Virus record (IMG/VR): IMGVR_UViG_3300044608_001438 | Span: 1-59,751 of that record | DNA length: 59,751 bases | Direction: 5' to 3' (one strand) | Source of the DNA: a virus | Taxonomy: Duplodnaviria; Caudoviricetes | Shown here: positions 7,716-17,143 of the stretch, one piece after another | Layout of the letters: the number at the start of each line of letters is the position of its first letter | How positions within the stretch are numbered: the first letter of the stretch is position 1 | Program-made: the position numbers and the translations under genes | The notes under the pieces: generated by a model | Seen by the model: only the letters and a program-made list of their open reading frames with translations | The model's database searches: none | Told to the model about the DNA's origin: nothing

Positions 7716-7885
7716 ACCACCCCCTCATAGTTGAATATCAAGACACCCTCAGCAGTCGGCCCGCCGTAGCGGTACCGATGCACCTTGCCGTCGTCGCCCG
7801 TGCGGATCACCGCCGGAGGCCATCGCAATGGCGGATACTCGCGGCGCGTTCCGTCCAGCGGACCGCCGACAAACTCGATCGTCAC
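7712..7885 (-). CDS. Hypothetical protein (FVGGPLDG motif)
   Basis: GTGA overlap; GGPLDG motif common in small phage proteins. Confidence 0.65.
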   Translation of the reverse strand: MTIEFVGGPLDGTRREYPPLRWPPAVIRTGDDGKVHRYRYGGPTAEGVLIFNYEGVV

Positions 7886-8106
7886 TTCCCCACCTCGATT
7901 TCTTTCTTCGCGGCCACGAGCGCCGCCGCGCACTGAGCAATCGACCGAAACTCCACCTTCCGCGTCACGATCCGCCCATGCCGATCAGTATCGACACAGT
8001 AGACGCTGCAATCGATCCCGCGTCGCTTCCAGATGCTCGCGATCTCTGCTGCCGCTCTTGCGCTCTTCGTGTTGTAACCCTTGCCTGCCTGATTGACTGC
8101 GTACAT
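7882..8106 (-). CDS. Hypothetical protein
   Basis: ORF track; second gene of promoter cassette 2. Confidence 0.6.
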   Translation of the reverse strand: MYAVNQAGKGYNTKSARAAAEIASIWKRRGIDCSVYCVDTDRHGRIVTRKVEFRSIAQCAAALVAAKKEIEVGK

Positions 8107-8139
8107 CGCATTGACCCTTTCGATTGATGATTGGAGGAA

Positions 8140-8167
8140 GCCCCCCTGATCACTGCGACCAGGGGGC
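8140..8167. repeat. Conserved cassette hairpin copy
   Basis: GCCCCCCTGATCACTGCGACCAGGGGGC. Confidence 0.85.
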
Positions 8168-8183
8168 GAGTAGTCGTCATCGA

Positions 8184-8399
8184 TCAGAACTTCATCGTGT
8201 CGAACAGAGCGGTGCCGAACTCAGGGAACGCGGTACCCTTGCCATACTTGTTTCTCTTGCGGCTGATCTGGAGGTAGACGTTCTTGCCGGTCTCTTCCAG
8301 GATCTTGTCAGCCAACCACAGAGCAGCGATCGGGCTGAGAGCCAACAGACCGCATCCGAACTCCCGAGCAGCCACTGCGTTGATCTTGTCAATCGTCAT
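8184..8399 (-). CDS. Hypothetical protein, first gene of promoter cassette 2
   Basis: ATG at 8399 follows the conserved leader. Confidence 0.7.
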   Translation of the reverse strand: MTIDKINAVAAREFGCGLLALSPIAALWLADKILEETGKNVYLQISRKRNKYGKGTAFPEFGTALFDTMKF

Positions 8400-8408
8400 C
8401 GTCTTGTC

Positions 8409-8588
8409 CCTCGTATCTTCGAGTTGCTTTTCGTTCGCGGCTCGTTGCCGCGTCTTCAATCATCATGACATATCATCGGCCAGAAGGAAACCCCAGGTCG
8501 AACATTTTTCGGAAAAATTCCGGAAAAACTTCTGCCCCATGGATTCCCTGGAAATACTGCGTTTCCCGAAGGTCTCGCGCGAGACCTT
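8409..8588 (-). promoter_or_regulatory. Early promoter cassette copy 2
   Basis: TTTCCT-17 nt-CATGAT, GGCCGATG in the spacer, A-tract block, leader, palindrome. Confidence 0.8.
8569..8588. repeat. 20-bp palindrome site (perfect; overlaps dnaN stop)
   Basis: AAGGTCTCGCGCGAGACCTT. Confidence 0.95.
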
Positions 8589-9648
8589 AGCCCCGCTCCA
8601 TCGGCATTAGGACGTAGGTGCATGGCCCCGCCTGCAGCATCAGGGCTTCTTTCGCGCTGCGGACGTAGACGCTGACCCGCTCGGCATCGACCCCCGCTAG
8701 CCACTGGATCAGATACCGGGAATCGACGGTCAGCTCCGGTCGGTCTCCTCCCTCGTAGGGCATCGACGCGCGAGCTGATCCGATGTCGGCCGCTCGTGCC
8801 GCTGCCTCGATCGATCCATCGCGAAAGCTCAGGTCGATCCCTCGCGATTCCTGATCGCTACAGATCGCCGCTTGCTTGACCAAATGAAGGAAGGACTCCC
8901 GGCCAACAGTCACCGGATCGCTCGCCTGCGGAACGATCGATTCCCATTTCGGAAACCGCCCTTCGATCACTGAGCACCACACCGCGAATCCATCGGCCTT
9001 CGCCCACCAGCGATTCCCATCGGTCCCCATGTGGACCGTCCCAGTCACCTTCCGCGCGAGGTTCAACGCACGAGCCGGAACCACCACCGAAGTCCATGCC
9101 GCGATCGTTCCTCCGATCGTCGCGAATGACAAGCGGCGCCCGTCCGTTCCGATCATCCGCATCCCGTCGGTAGACTGTTCGAACATCACACCACCAAGAG
9201 CAAATCGTGAATTGTCGGTATCGATCGACCACACCGTCGCACTGATGCCACGGACCAGCGCAGCGGATTCGACTTCGACTTGCGGCTCCATCGCCGACGC
9301 CCACACAGGGAACTCATCCGGGTTGCCGGTAGGCAGTTTGAACACACCAGCCCCTGCCGCGATCTGAACCTGCCGATCGTCCACCTCCAGCGTCACGGTA
9401 TCGCCGGTCGCCTCTGAGATGATCGCGCCGAATCGCGTCGGCAATAGAACCTTGCACGGCCGATCGACTTCCGCTTCGATCTCCGCTATCGCGCCGATCT
9501 CAAGGTCGGTCGCCTGGAGCGTTACCCCGCTTGCGTCTGCCGTCAGCAGGACGTTTCGGAGCACTTCCTTTGGCCCCCTTGATGGCACCACCGCCGCGAC
9601 GCTTGCCCATGCCTTTTGAACTGCCTGCCGATTGAGTCTGATCTTCAT
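8587..9648 (-). CDS. dnaN: DNA polymerase III beta sliding clamp
   Basis: LQATDLEIG, NPDEFP, SRFALGGV, GTDGRRL, IEGRFP, YVLMPM. Confidence 0.95.
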   Translation of the reverse strand: MKIRLNRQAVQKAWASVAAVVPSRGPKEVLRNVLLTADASGVTLQATDLEIGAIAEIEAEVDRPCKVLLPTRFGAIISEATGDTVTLEVDDRQVQIAAGAGVFKLPTGNPDEFPVWASAMEPQVEVESAALVRGISATVWSIDTDNSRFALGGVMFEQSTDGMRMIGTDGRRLSFATIGGTIAAWTSVVVPARALNLARKVTGTVHMGTDGNRWWAKADGFAVWCSVIEGRFPKWESIVPQASDPVTVGRESFLHLVKQAAICSDQESRGIDLSFRDGSIEAAARAADIGSARASMPYEGGDRPELTVDSRYLIQWLAGVDAERVSVYVRSAKEALMLQAGPCTYVLMPMERG

Positions 9649-10045
9649 CACCATCTCCAAAAAAAGTAACCTCAACTCTTGGTCGCTCGCGGTCGATTCC
9701 GATCATCGGAACCTCTGCCATCCGGAGCACCTGCCAACTATCGTCCTTCGCCAGTCCTGCATCGATAGCGCCGTCTATGATCGGCTTGCAGTTCTGGAGC
9801 ATGTTCACCTCGTCGCGCTTGCGATTGTCCGGAACCCAAAACGCATAGGTCACACGTGAGACCTTCTTCGTTCGTCCGGCCAATTCCGCCCGCACTGCCT
9901 TCCATGCGAACGCCCTCAGTCTCTTGATCGCTCCCGCCTTCCAGATCGGACTCCCGGAGTTCTGCGAAAGATCCCGCATTCGCTCCCAGGGTACCACAAT
10001 CGTTAGGCCACTATTTCCTGCCGGAGTCTTTCGACTATCTGGCAC
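9500..10045 (-). CDS. rusA: RusA-like Holliday junction resolvase
   Basis: PDNRKRDEVNM...KPIIDG...GLAKDDS, PRVEVT. Confidence 0.8.
   Translation of the reverse strand: MPDSRKTPAGNSGLTIVVPWERMRDLSQNSGSPIWKAGAIKRLRAFAWKAVRAELAGRTKKVSRVTYAFWVPDNRKRDEVNMLQNCKPIIDGAIDAGLAKDDSWQVLRMAEVPMIGIDRERPRVEVTFFGDGDEDQTQSAGSSKGMGKRRGGGAIKGAKGSAPKRPADGRRKRGNAPGDRP
9846..9865. repeat. 20-bp palindrome site (inside rusA)
   Basis: TAGGTCACACGTGAGACCTT. Confidence 0.9.
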
Positions 10046-10232
10046 TCAGTTTCTCCTTTGCGACCTGATAACTTAATGTACCTGCTGTTCGGAGCGCGAA
10101 CGACTAGCTTAACTCGTCCACTAGTTTCCCGTGTCAACTGCCAAAACGAAAAACGTCGCAGCATCGCTACCATCGCATTTCCGTCAGTGATTGGAAATCG
10201 AAATGCCAAATCTTCTGCGAAATCATTAGAGC

Positions 10233-10721
10233 TCACCACCACGACCTCCATCGACGTATAAATTCTTCGCGATGCTCTATTGGCTCGACTGGATCCGGAA
10301 TGCACCGCACCGAGCACCTACGCAAGTACGCATCATCATACCAGCCCGCGTCCGCCTTGATCTTAAGCCAAACCAAGTTCGCTACCGTCAGCTTCGGCAA
10401 GTGATGTTCCGCGAATCTCTCCCCGTGCTGCTGCTTGTGACAGAGCGAGCACAACTGCACGACCACCCGCCGATCCTCGCGTCGCGGCTTGTTGACTATA
10501 TGGGCCCTCTCAATCATCCACGGACCGAACCAGCCTGCAGGTCGGTCGCACTCGCGCCGGCCACAGGCCCAACAGAAGGGCTCCCCGATGTTCGTGAGTT
10601 CGGCGAAGTCCCGCAAAAAGTCGCGATAAGTTCTTCGCGCGTTGTATCCTGGCTGATCCCACACAGATCCCGAACCAGGAATCCCGCCGGATGACTTATG
10701 ACGTTTTCGACCCGTCGCCAT
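10233..10721 (-). CDS. HNH-like endonuclease / zinc-binding protein
   Basis: CWACG...ERAHIV...LCSLCHKQQH; GGAGGT RBS before ATG 10721. Confidence 0.7.
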   Translation of the reverse strand: MATGRKRHKSSGGIPGSGSVWDQPGYNARRTYRDFLRDFAELTNIGEPFCWACGRRECDRPAGWFGPWMIERAHIVNKPRREDRRVVVQLCSLCHKQQHGERFAEHHLPKLTVANLVWLKIKADAGWYDDAYLRRCSVRCIPDPVEPIEHREEFIRRWRSWW

Positions 10722-11173
10722 GCTACCTCCTGATCGCATAGTTCCCACCGTGCCCGACGTTCGAACGCCTCTTGCAAGGTCTCGCGTGAGACCTTTGCCG
10801 ACGCTCGCAAGTATCGTGCATCGCCGTAGATCGTCTGATGGTCTCCCTTGAGTCGCGATCGATGCAAATCCTCCTCCGCCTGCTTCGTGCCGTCCATGCA
10901 ATCGTACCGCTGGACGATAACAACCGAAACATCCTTGCCCCACACCTGAACGAATCCATCGGGGTGCAACTCGAGGACAACCGCGTGCCGCTTCTTGCCT
11001 TTGAGGATCCATTCCTCGACGTACTCGGTTAGCCGTGCGCCGTACTCCCCGAGGATCGACCGCCAGTTGCGAGCGATAAACCATTGCAGGAACCTTCGCC
11101 CGTCCTTTGAGGTCAGCAACCACTTTTCGGATTGCGTCCATCGATCCGACCATTTCACCTTCTTCTTAGCCAT
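10514..11173 (-). CDS. Hypothetical protein
   Basis: ORF track; overlaps the helicase stop. Confidence 0.6.
   Translation of the reverse strand: MAKKKVKWSDRWTQSEKWLLTSKDGRRFLQWFIARNWRSILGEYGARLTEYVEEWILKGKKRHAVVLELHPDGFVQVWGKDVSVVIVQRYDCMDGTKQAEEDLHRSRLKGDHQTIYGDARYLRASAKVSRETLQEAFERRARWELCDQEVAWRRVENVISHPAGFLVRDLCGISQDTTREELIATFCGTSPNSRTSGSPSVGPVAGASATDLQAGSVRG
10776..10795. repeat. 20-bp palindrome site
   Basis: AAGGTCTCGCGTGAGACCTT. Confidence 0.95.
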
Positions 11174-12747
11174 GCGTAAGTCCTCGATGCTGGGAGATGG
11201 TACTTCGAACTTTCCTTGCCAGGAGGTGGATTCTTGAGCTGATACGGGCTCACCGAAGGAATCCCGGCCTCAGTACACTTGCGATAGAAAATCGGAATCA
11301 GACTTGAGAATGGCAAGCCAGAATAGACCGACGACCATAGGCAAGAATCCCATAGCTTTTGATGCGTCACCGCCTTCGACTTCGGTCCCTTCGTCTTGAA
11401 TACTGGCCCCTCCTGCAACACCAGTTCCCCGGACTCCTGCATGATCCGACGGACGCTCCGCTTGTGCTGATGCTTGCAATGAGGGCAAACGTCGCCCGAC
11501 GTGCGCCATCCGTGACACTTCGGACATTGGATCGGCTCTGGCTCCTCGCCTTTCTTGTACCGCTCCATCCTGTTGTCCGCGATGTCCTTCGACGTCTCGC
11601 CCAAGATCCACTCGCGGTCCTGGTTCGGCGATCCGTGCCGCCAGTATCCTCCACCGTGGTCCTGGAGGATCTTGTCGCTGTAGTCCGGCCAATATCGCTG
11701 AATGCGCCCGACCGACTGCAGATAGCTCGCGATCGATCCGAACACTGTCGCGAAGATCCCATGACGCAACCACGGCATGTCGATCGCCTCGCGAAGGATG
11801 AACCGGTTGCAAAGAACCTTGATCTCGCCGGACCGACTCAGGCGCAAGACTTCCTCTCGCGTCTCCTTGTTCAATGGATGCTGGACCAACTGCCAGTTGC
11901 CGGATGCCTGCAACTCCGGGAGCATCGCGACGCCATCGCCGACTGCCGCAGTCAGCACACCTCGCCGCATGAACTCTTCCGCGAACCAGAACGCACCACC
12001 GACCGAAGGCCCGAACAGGATCGCAGGTTCGGCAAACGGATTCAGCTTCCGCCAGTTCGCGAAACAGTCGCCGATGATCTTCGCCGCTCGTGGCTCCAGC
12101 GCCTTCGTCGAATACTCGAAGTCGGCATTCCGACCCAATCCAGAACAATCGATCTCCGACGGAGAATAGACGCGGACCGGCAGGTGAGCCTTGACCGATC
12201 GCAGTTCTGAGTAAGTGCCGAACTCGATCAGTTCATCGCAAGCATCCTTGAGACCGACCGGGGTGCCGGTGAATCCTACCAGCGTCGCCCCGCGTGCCGT
12301 GTGTCCGGAGAACAGCCCGCCCTCTCCGTGTCCTCCATCGAAGACCGCCCGCGCCTTCGTTCCTCGCTGCTGATGGAACTCATCGACCAGGACCAGCGTC
12401 GCTGCGTGCAGATCCTCCCGGCCCCGTTTGGCGCACCTTGAGAACGCGGTGTCGATCATCGCCATCTCGATCGGATGTTCCCCGGTCCGCTTGTAGCCGC
12501 TGGCGAAGATCCCATGATCGATCCCGCGATCGTTGAATACCGCGCTCATCTGCTCAAGCAACATAGTCCGGTGAAGGTAGATCGCCACCTTGCCCCCATG
12601 CTCGACCTCCTCCACGGCCAGTTGTGCCATGCAAGTAGTCTTCCCGGCACCAGGAGGTGCAACCCCGCACATCCGCCGGACGCCCGCCGCGCGTCGCTCG
12701 TAGACCAGCGATTTGCCCCTGTCCTGATGCGGCCAATTCACCCTCAT
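11155..12747 (-). CDS. SF2 DEAD/DEAH-type helicase with C-terminal zinc finger
   Basis: APPGAGKT, VDEFH, TGTP, QSVGRIQR, CPKC...CPHC. Confidence 0.9.
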   Translation of the reverse strand: MRVNWPHQDRGKSLVYERRAAGVRRMCGVAPPGAGKTTCMAQLAVEEVEHGGKVAIYLHRTMLLEQMSAVFNDRGIDHGIFASGYKRTGEHPIEMAMIDTAFSRCAKRGREDLHAATLVLVDEFHQQRGTKARAVFDGGHGEGGLFSGHTARGATLVGFTGTPVGLKDACDELIEFGTYSELRSVKAHLPVRVYSPSEIDCSGLGRNADFEYSTKALEPRAAKIIGDCFANWRKLNPFAEPAILFGPSVGGAFWFAEEFMRRGVLTAAVGDGVAMLPELQASGNWQLVQHPLNKETREEVLRLSRSGEIKVLCNRFILREAIDMPWLRHGIFATVFGSIASYLQSVGRIQRYWPDYSDKILQDHGGGYWRHGSPNQDREWILGETSKDIADNRMERYKKGEEPEPIQCPKCHGWRTSGDVCPHCKHQHKRSVRRIMQESGELVLQEGPVFKTKGPKSKAVTHQKLWDSCLWSSVYSGLPFSSLIPIFYRKCTEAGIPSVSPYQLKNPPPGKESSKYHLPASRTYAWLRRR

Positions 12748-13082
12748 GGTTCGACCCTCACCTTCCGACCGATCTTCTTTTCGTACCGATGGAGAACCGG
12801 CAGGATCATTTCCAGGTGGTGCCACTTGCGCCACTTCTGGACGATGCGGCCATCGACGCAGAGGCACCATCGATTGTCGCACTCCACGAGGACCGCCCCT
12901 TCGTCCGGCCAGTCGCAGAACTCCGGCAACTTTCGCGCCGTGTCCGATGTCCGCAGCAGCTCAGCGCCGTCCGGCATGATCCGACGCAGTACCCGCTCAA
13001 TCACTCCCCAGCGCCGCGCCGGCCCGAAGCTCGACCAGTATGGCTCCGCGCGGCATAGTCTCAACAGTTCGTCCATTGTCAC
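12744..13082 (-). CDS. Hypothetical protein
   Basis: ORF track; ATGA overlap with the helicase. Confidence 0.6.
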   Translation of the reverse strand: MTMDELLRLCRAEPYWSSFGPARRWGVIERVLRRIMPDGAELLRTSDTARKLPEFCDWPDEGAVLVECDNRWCLCVDGRIVQKWRKWHHLEMILPVLHRYEKKIGRKVRVEP

Positions 13083-13092
13083 CTCACAAAAA

Positions 13093-13119
13093 GCCCCCTG
13101 GTCGCAGTGACCAGGGGGC
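13093..13119 (-). terminator. Conserved cassette hairpin (loop inverted) followed by a U-tract on the minus strand
   Basis: aaaaaGCCCCCTGGTCGCAGTGACCAGGGGGC. Confidence 0.8.
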
Positions 13120-13132
13120 GGGTCACCTTGCG

Positions 13133-13471
13133 TCAGTAGTCTGAAGGATGCATGATCGTCATGCCACCCTTCGCGTTCGGCATAACCCAGATCGTATCCG
13201 CCGCGGTATGCTCAAGGATGATCGGAGGATCCTTTTCCCTCGATGCTCTCACCGCCATAACCGCGTCCATGATGAGGGGCAGGACCACCTTGTCGTACTG
13301 CGACTCGTCGCCGTAGCGTTCTTTCGCGACCCGCTCGCACTGAGCATGAACTGCGATGCTCAGGAGTAGCCAGGGGAACCGCGCTGGGTAGGGATGGACC
13401 AACACGCCATCTTCGATTGCTTGGTCTTCCGTGTACATCGACACAACCGGGAAGTCATCAAACATACTCAT
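13133..13471 (-). CDS. Hypothetical protein (DUF6573-like)
   Basis: YTEDQAIEDGVLV motif; ...TIMHPSDY C-terminus. Confidence 0.7.
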   Translation of the reverse strand: MSMFDDFPVVSMYTEDQAIEDGVLVHPYPARFPWLLLSIAVHAQCERVAKERYGDESQYDKVVLPLIMDAVMAVRASREKDPPIILEHTAADTIWVMPNAKGGMTIMHPSDY

Positions 13472-13508
13472 TTTCGTTTCCTCGCGTCTTCGAGTTGCAA
13501 ACCAAAAA

Positions 13509-13533
13509 CCCCCTGGTCACTGCGACCAGGGGG
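13509..13533 (-). terminator. Conserved cassette hairpin with U-tract
   Basis: aaaaaCCCCCTGGTCACTGCGACCAGGGGG. Confidence 0.8.
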
Positions 13534-13549
13534 CAGATATTCCAGATGA

Positions 13550-13828
13550 CTAATCTTCGCTCTTATTTCGATGAGCAATCTGTCTCGCCATCGTTTTAAG
13601 ATCGCTCTCGGTTGGAAGTCTCCAGCCGATTCCGAGCGTGTTTTGGTCCCAAACGCTCGACACGTACTGGAACTCGCCACATTGATCGACAAGAGAAACA
13701 CAAACCAAGTGGGTACCCCATTGATTGGTCTCGCGGTCAACCACCTGAACGAAACGCGGCCCGAAGTGGCTCTTGCTCACCAGGATCGTTCCGTTCTTGA
13801 TTTCACTCAGGTCGATTGTGTTTCGCAT
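13550..13828 (-). CDS. Hypothetical protein, first gene of promoter cassette 3
   Basis: ATG follows the conserved leader. Confidence 0.75.
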   Translation of the reverse strand: MRNTIDLSEIKNGTILVSKSHFGPRFVQVVDRETNQWGTHLVCVSLVDQCGEFQYVSSVWDQNTLGIGWRLPTESDLKTMARQIAHRNKSED

Positions 13829-13836
13829 CGTCGTGT

Positions 13837-14013
13837 CCTCGTTCGTTCGAGTTCGTTTCGTTCGCGGTCCCTTGCCGCGTCTTCAATCAATATGACCTAT
13901 CATCGGCCAGAACTCAACCCCGCCGGGATCATTTTTCGGAAAAATTCCGGAAAAATTCCAGCCCCGGCGGATCGACAATTTCCAGGGATTTCTCAGGTCT
14001 CGCGCGTGACCTT
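13837..14013 (-). promoter_or_regulatory. Early promoter cassette copy 3
   Basis: TTGAGT-17 nt-CATATT, GGCCGATG, A-tract block, leader, palindrome. Confidence 0.8.
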
Positions 14014-14838
14014 CGCCACTTCTCGGGAAATCGCGTCGGTCCAGGGGAAGAGCCGATCCTCGATCCCTGCGGCGTCGATCGCCCGGAGGAACTGGCCCCA
14101 GGTCTTCGCTACCTTCTTCGCCGCGTCCGGGTCGATCGCGATCACCTCGACCTCTTCCTCCGGCTCATCATCCGCGACGGTCTCGCCGTAAACGTGTCCG
14201 CACTGCCCGCACTTGTCGTGCCCTGCGTCCGTGGTCAGCCACCAGTCAACGTCACACGCCGGACACCGCTCGCCCTTCGTCTGCCCGCGCGGTCCCTCCG
14301 GTTTCTCCTCCTCAGTCGGTGCCGTGTAGGTCGGCTCCTTGATCTTCGCCGGTGCCTCTGCTCCATCGCGCCGCGTGATGGTCGTCTGCTCCGGATGCTC
14401 TTCCTTGCGAATCTTCCCGACCAGGGCTTGCGACACCCGGCAAATCTGCGCGATCTCGACCGCTGGCTTTTTCGGCCACTGAGCCAGCGCCATCCGCACC
14501 GCGTTTCGTTTGTCGTCGTCCGTGCGCCTGACTCCGTGGTCAGCGTTCGCGCCGCACGCACGAGCCATCACCATATCGAGGTCGCCTTCGATCACCTCGG
14601 CCCAAACCTTCGACCGGCCAGCCTTGAGACATGCTCCGCAGCGCTGCCAGCCGTCGGTCAGGTAGAGCACCCCAGCGACCGATACGATCTCGATCGGTGC
14701 TTTGAAAGGCCACCCCGACTCCTTTCCGCTCTCCGCAATCGCCTGGTACTCCGTCTGGACGTCATCCGTCACGGACCGCCGCGCTTGGTACTTGGAGTCG
14801 AAAGTGATCTTTTCAATCGATACCCATTTCTGTGCCAT
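13993..14838 (-). CDS. ParB-like protein (N-terminal ParB domain, HTH, zinc ribbon)
   Basis: YQAR, PIEI...LYLTDGWQR, ANADHGVRRTDDDKR, HTH PAVEIAQICRVSQALVGKIR, CPAC/CGQC. Confidence 0.85.
   Translation of the reverse strand: MAQKWVSIEKITFDSKYQARRSVTDDVQTEYQAIAESGKESGWPFKAPIEIVSVAGVLYLTDGWQRCGACLKAGRSKVWAEVIEGDLDMVMARACGANADHGVRRTDDDKRNAVRMALAQWPKKPAVEIAQICRVSQALVGKIRKEEHPEQTTITRRDGAEAPAKIKEPTYTAPTEEEKPEGPRGQTKGERCPACDVDWWLTTDAGHDKCGQCGHVYGETVADDEPEEEVEVIAIDPDAAKKVAKTWGQFLRAIDAAGIEDRLFPWTDAISREVAKVTRET
13994..14013. repeat. 20-bp palindrome site (encodes the ParB-HTH C-terminus KVTRET*)
   Basis: CAGGTCTCGCGCGTGACCTT. Confidence 0.9.
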
Positions 14839-14851
14839 CTCGCTAACCTCC

Positions 14852-15379
14852 TTAGAGTGCCTTGTTGCCGTGCCTGAAACCACGCTGCCTGTTGACCTCG
14901 TTCTTCGCGACCATCGCGTCGAACAGCAAACGACTCGACGTTGCCATGTCCGCGACGTTGCGGAAGACCACAATGAGCTGACCGGTGAACTGTTCCAGAG
15001 TCCCCTTCCTCAAGTACTCCAGCGCTTCGCTGATCTTGAGGTGGACTGTCGCAATCTGCTCCGATCGATGGACCAAGTTGAATGTCTCCACGTCCGCCTC
15101 GAACCATCGCCGAAGACCTTCAAGCGGATGAAGCCCTTCGAGAAGATCAAGAATCCGGATTGCGACGTCGGCCAACTCCTCTAGGTAGTTCGCCTCGTCT
15201 CCATCGATCGCACCTTGCCACGCCTCCGACAGTTCGGAATGAATCAGCGCGATCTTTTCTGCCAACTTCCGCTTGTTCGTATCCCAGTCCGACGCGATCG
15301 CGACGTCCCATCCATTGGCCTCGTTGGTCGCCCAAATCCGCTCGGCCAACTCCATCCAGTCATCAACCGTTACCCGCAT
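14852..15379 (-). CDS. MazG-like NTP pyrophosphohydrolase
   Basis: KIALIHSELSEA...EELADVAIRILD; RGFRHGNK C-terminus. Confidence 0.85.
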   Translation of the reverse strand: MRVTVDDWMELAERIWATNEANGWDVAIASDWDTNKRKLAEKIALIHSELSEAWQGAIDGDEANYLEELADVAIRILDLLEGLHPLEGLRRWFEADVETFNLVHRSEQIATVHLKISEALEYLRKGTLEQFTGQLIVVFRNVADMATSSRLLFDAMVAKNEVNRQRGFRHGNKAL

Positions 15380-15854
15380 ACTCCACCCCAAACATTGAAT
15401 TGAAAGGATCCGACTTATCCAGGACCACGGAACATCCGCGATCCGTTGCCCAACTCCGCTCCTCAGTAAACGGCCCGCAATGCAAGCACGCCTGAGCATC
15501 CTCCGAAACGTACACCGAACATCGCTCGCACATCGCCGCCCGTGACCCGCCACGCTCGGCTACAAATCCAAGCGACTCCAACCACTCGCGATCCGGACCG
15601 AACCATAGATAGTCATCCCATGCCGACCACGCGAGCCGGCACAGGTCACGCATCGCAGGCCCTCGCTGCATGATGATCCACGCGAACGGCCCGCGATCGT
15701 CACGCAAGAACGCCGCCACCCGCAGGAGCCTTGCCGACAATTCGCGATCGCTGACGATTGCTGTGAAGTGAGTCGGGAAGAACTCCGGATCGATTCGCGG
15801 CGACCTGACGTAGAGCCCGTTATCCGTCCGGTGAAGAATGAACTTACTCAGCAT
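15363..15854 (-). CDS. Hypothetical protein
   Basis: ORF track; overlaps both neighbours. Confidence 0.55.
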   Translation of the reverse strand: MLSKFILHRTDNGLYVRSPRIDPEFFPTHFTAIVSDRELSARLLRVAAFLRDDRGPFAWIIMQRGPAMRDLCRLAWSAWDDYLWFGPDREWLESLGFVAERGGSRAAMCERCSVYVSEDAQACLHCGPFTEERSWATDRGCSVVLDKSDPFNSMFGVEYAGNG

Positions 15855-16701
15855 TCGCAGGCCCCTTGGTCATCTCTGGGATCCGCTTCGCGATGTCCGC
15901 GTTGATATGGTCGACCTCGGACTGATCGAACCACTTGCGCTCCAGGTAACCCTTCGCCCGGGTCTGGTACTGGCTCAGGAGAGCAAGGTCGGTGCAGACT
16001 GGGATCCGCCGGCGAAGCGACTGGAACAAGACCTGGAGGTGTATACCCTGGTCGATCTTGTTCGCGACGCGCATCCGGTTGGAAAGTCGCTCCACGTCTT
16101 CGAGCTGATCGACCGGCCCCTTGTTCGCACGTTCGAGGACTTCCATCTCCGGGGGAAAGACCGCCGGCTGCGGCTTCTCTGCTGGCTTGTCTGCCGACTT
16201 CGGATGAGTCTGCGGGGTTGGCTTGGCCTGCTCCTTCGCGGGCTTCTCCGCTGGCTTGTCGGCCTGCGTTGGTTCTGCGATCGAGGCGTCTGGGTCCATC
16301 GCCTCCGTAGGGATACAGAGCAGTTGAAACAATGCATACTTGTAGGCGATCGACATCGCTTTGTTGTACGCCTTGTCTCCAGTATCCGCCGCCTCTCCGA
16401 TTACCTCCGTCCAAATCGATGAGCCATCGACGCCCGACACCAGATGGTACCGCATCCTCAGCCTGACAAAAAACTGGACGCCTCCATTTCGCGTCGTTCG
16501 TTCCTTGTGGTCCGACTCCATGATCTCAGTACGAGGGTATACCTTGCACTTCGCCAGCACCGGATGAACCGTGTTGTAAACGTCATCGATGCCCCTGAAC
16601 GTGAACCCTTGCTGGATGTTCTTCCGGTCCTTTGCGATCGCGTCGACCTCTGCCAGCATCGCGCAGATCGCGCCGTGGATTGCCTCTACCTTGTCCGTCA
16701 T
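15844..16701 (-). CDS. erf: ERF-family ssDNA annealing protein
   Basis: QGFTFRGIDDVYN, GEAADTGDKAYNKAMSIAYKYAL. Confidence 0.9.
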   Translation of the reverse strand: MTDKVEAIHGAICAMLAEVDAIAKDRKNIQQGFTFRGIDDVYNTVHPVLAKCKVYPRTEIMESDHKERTTRNGGVQFFVRLRMRYHLVSGVDGSSIWTEVIGEAADTGDKAYNKAMSIAYKYALFQLLCIPTEAMDPDASIAEPTQADKPAEKPAKEQAKPTPQTHPKSADKPAEKPQPAVFPPEMEVLERANKGPVDQLEDVERLSNRMRVANKIDQGIHLQVLFQSLRRRIPVCTDLALLSQYQTRAKGYLERKWFDQSEVDHINADIAKRIPEMTKGPANAE

Positions 16702-16794
16702 AATCGATGATCCCCTGTTGTTCTACTGGTAACTACACAGCTTCTAAAATGCATCTCAACCTACCTCGTACCTTCGAGTTCAATCCGGCTAACC

Positions 16795-16902
16795 CTACGA
16801 ATCGCCGAAGTCGTCATCCACCATGAATGCCCAACGGAACGCAAGATAAACCAGCGCCCAAGCTATCAGCGCGGCCGCGACCGCCTCCAGCAGGTCACTC
16901 AT
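16795..16902 (-). CDS. Small membrane peptide
   Basis: MSDLLEAVAAALIAWALVYLAFRWAF. Confidence 0.55.
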   Translation of the reverse strand: MSDLLEAVAAALIAWALVYLAFRWAFMVDDDFGDS

Positions 16903-17143
16903 CGCTGTCCTCGTGCAACGTGTTCGCGTCGTCCCCGTCGCTAATCCGCACCTTGTCGAACTCCAGATCCAGGTCACCCGGGAACTCGATGCGGTACTGA
17001 ATCGATCTCCTGGTGTTCCATCGCGCATTCACGCGGATCTCGATCGGCTCGCCGTCTTCATCCCACGAACGAATCACTAACGCATCATCAACAGACAACC
17101 GACGAATCACGCGCGGCCGGTGCTCAGAATCCGAGCGGGGCAT
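16895..17143 (-). CDS. Hypothetical protein, possibly a distant CsrA-like fold
   Basis: RRLSVDDALVI...IEIRV...IQYRIEFP resembles the CsrA beta-strand pattern; weak. Confidence 0.45.
   Translation of the reverse strand: MPRSDSEHRPRVIRRLSVDDALVIRSWDEDGEPIEIRVNARWNTRRSIQYRIEFPGDLDLEFDKVRISDGDDANTLHEDSDE

Noticed and set aside
8569-8588. Inverted BsaI sites (GGTCTC/GAGACC) implying a synthetic construct
   Set aside because: Half-sites are degenerate (GGTCAC, GGTCTT, GGTCGC) and embedded in natural genes, and there is no vector sequence.
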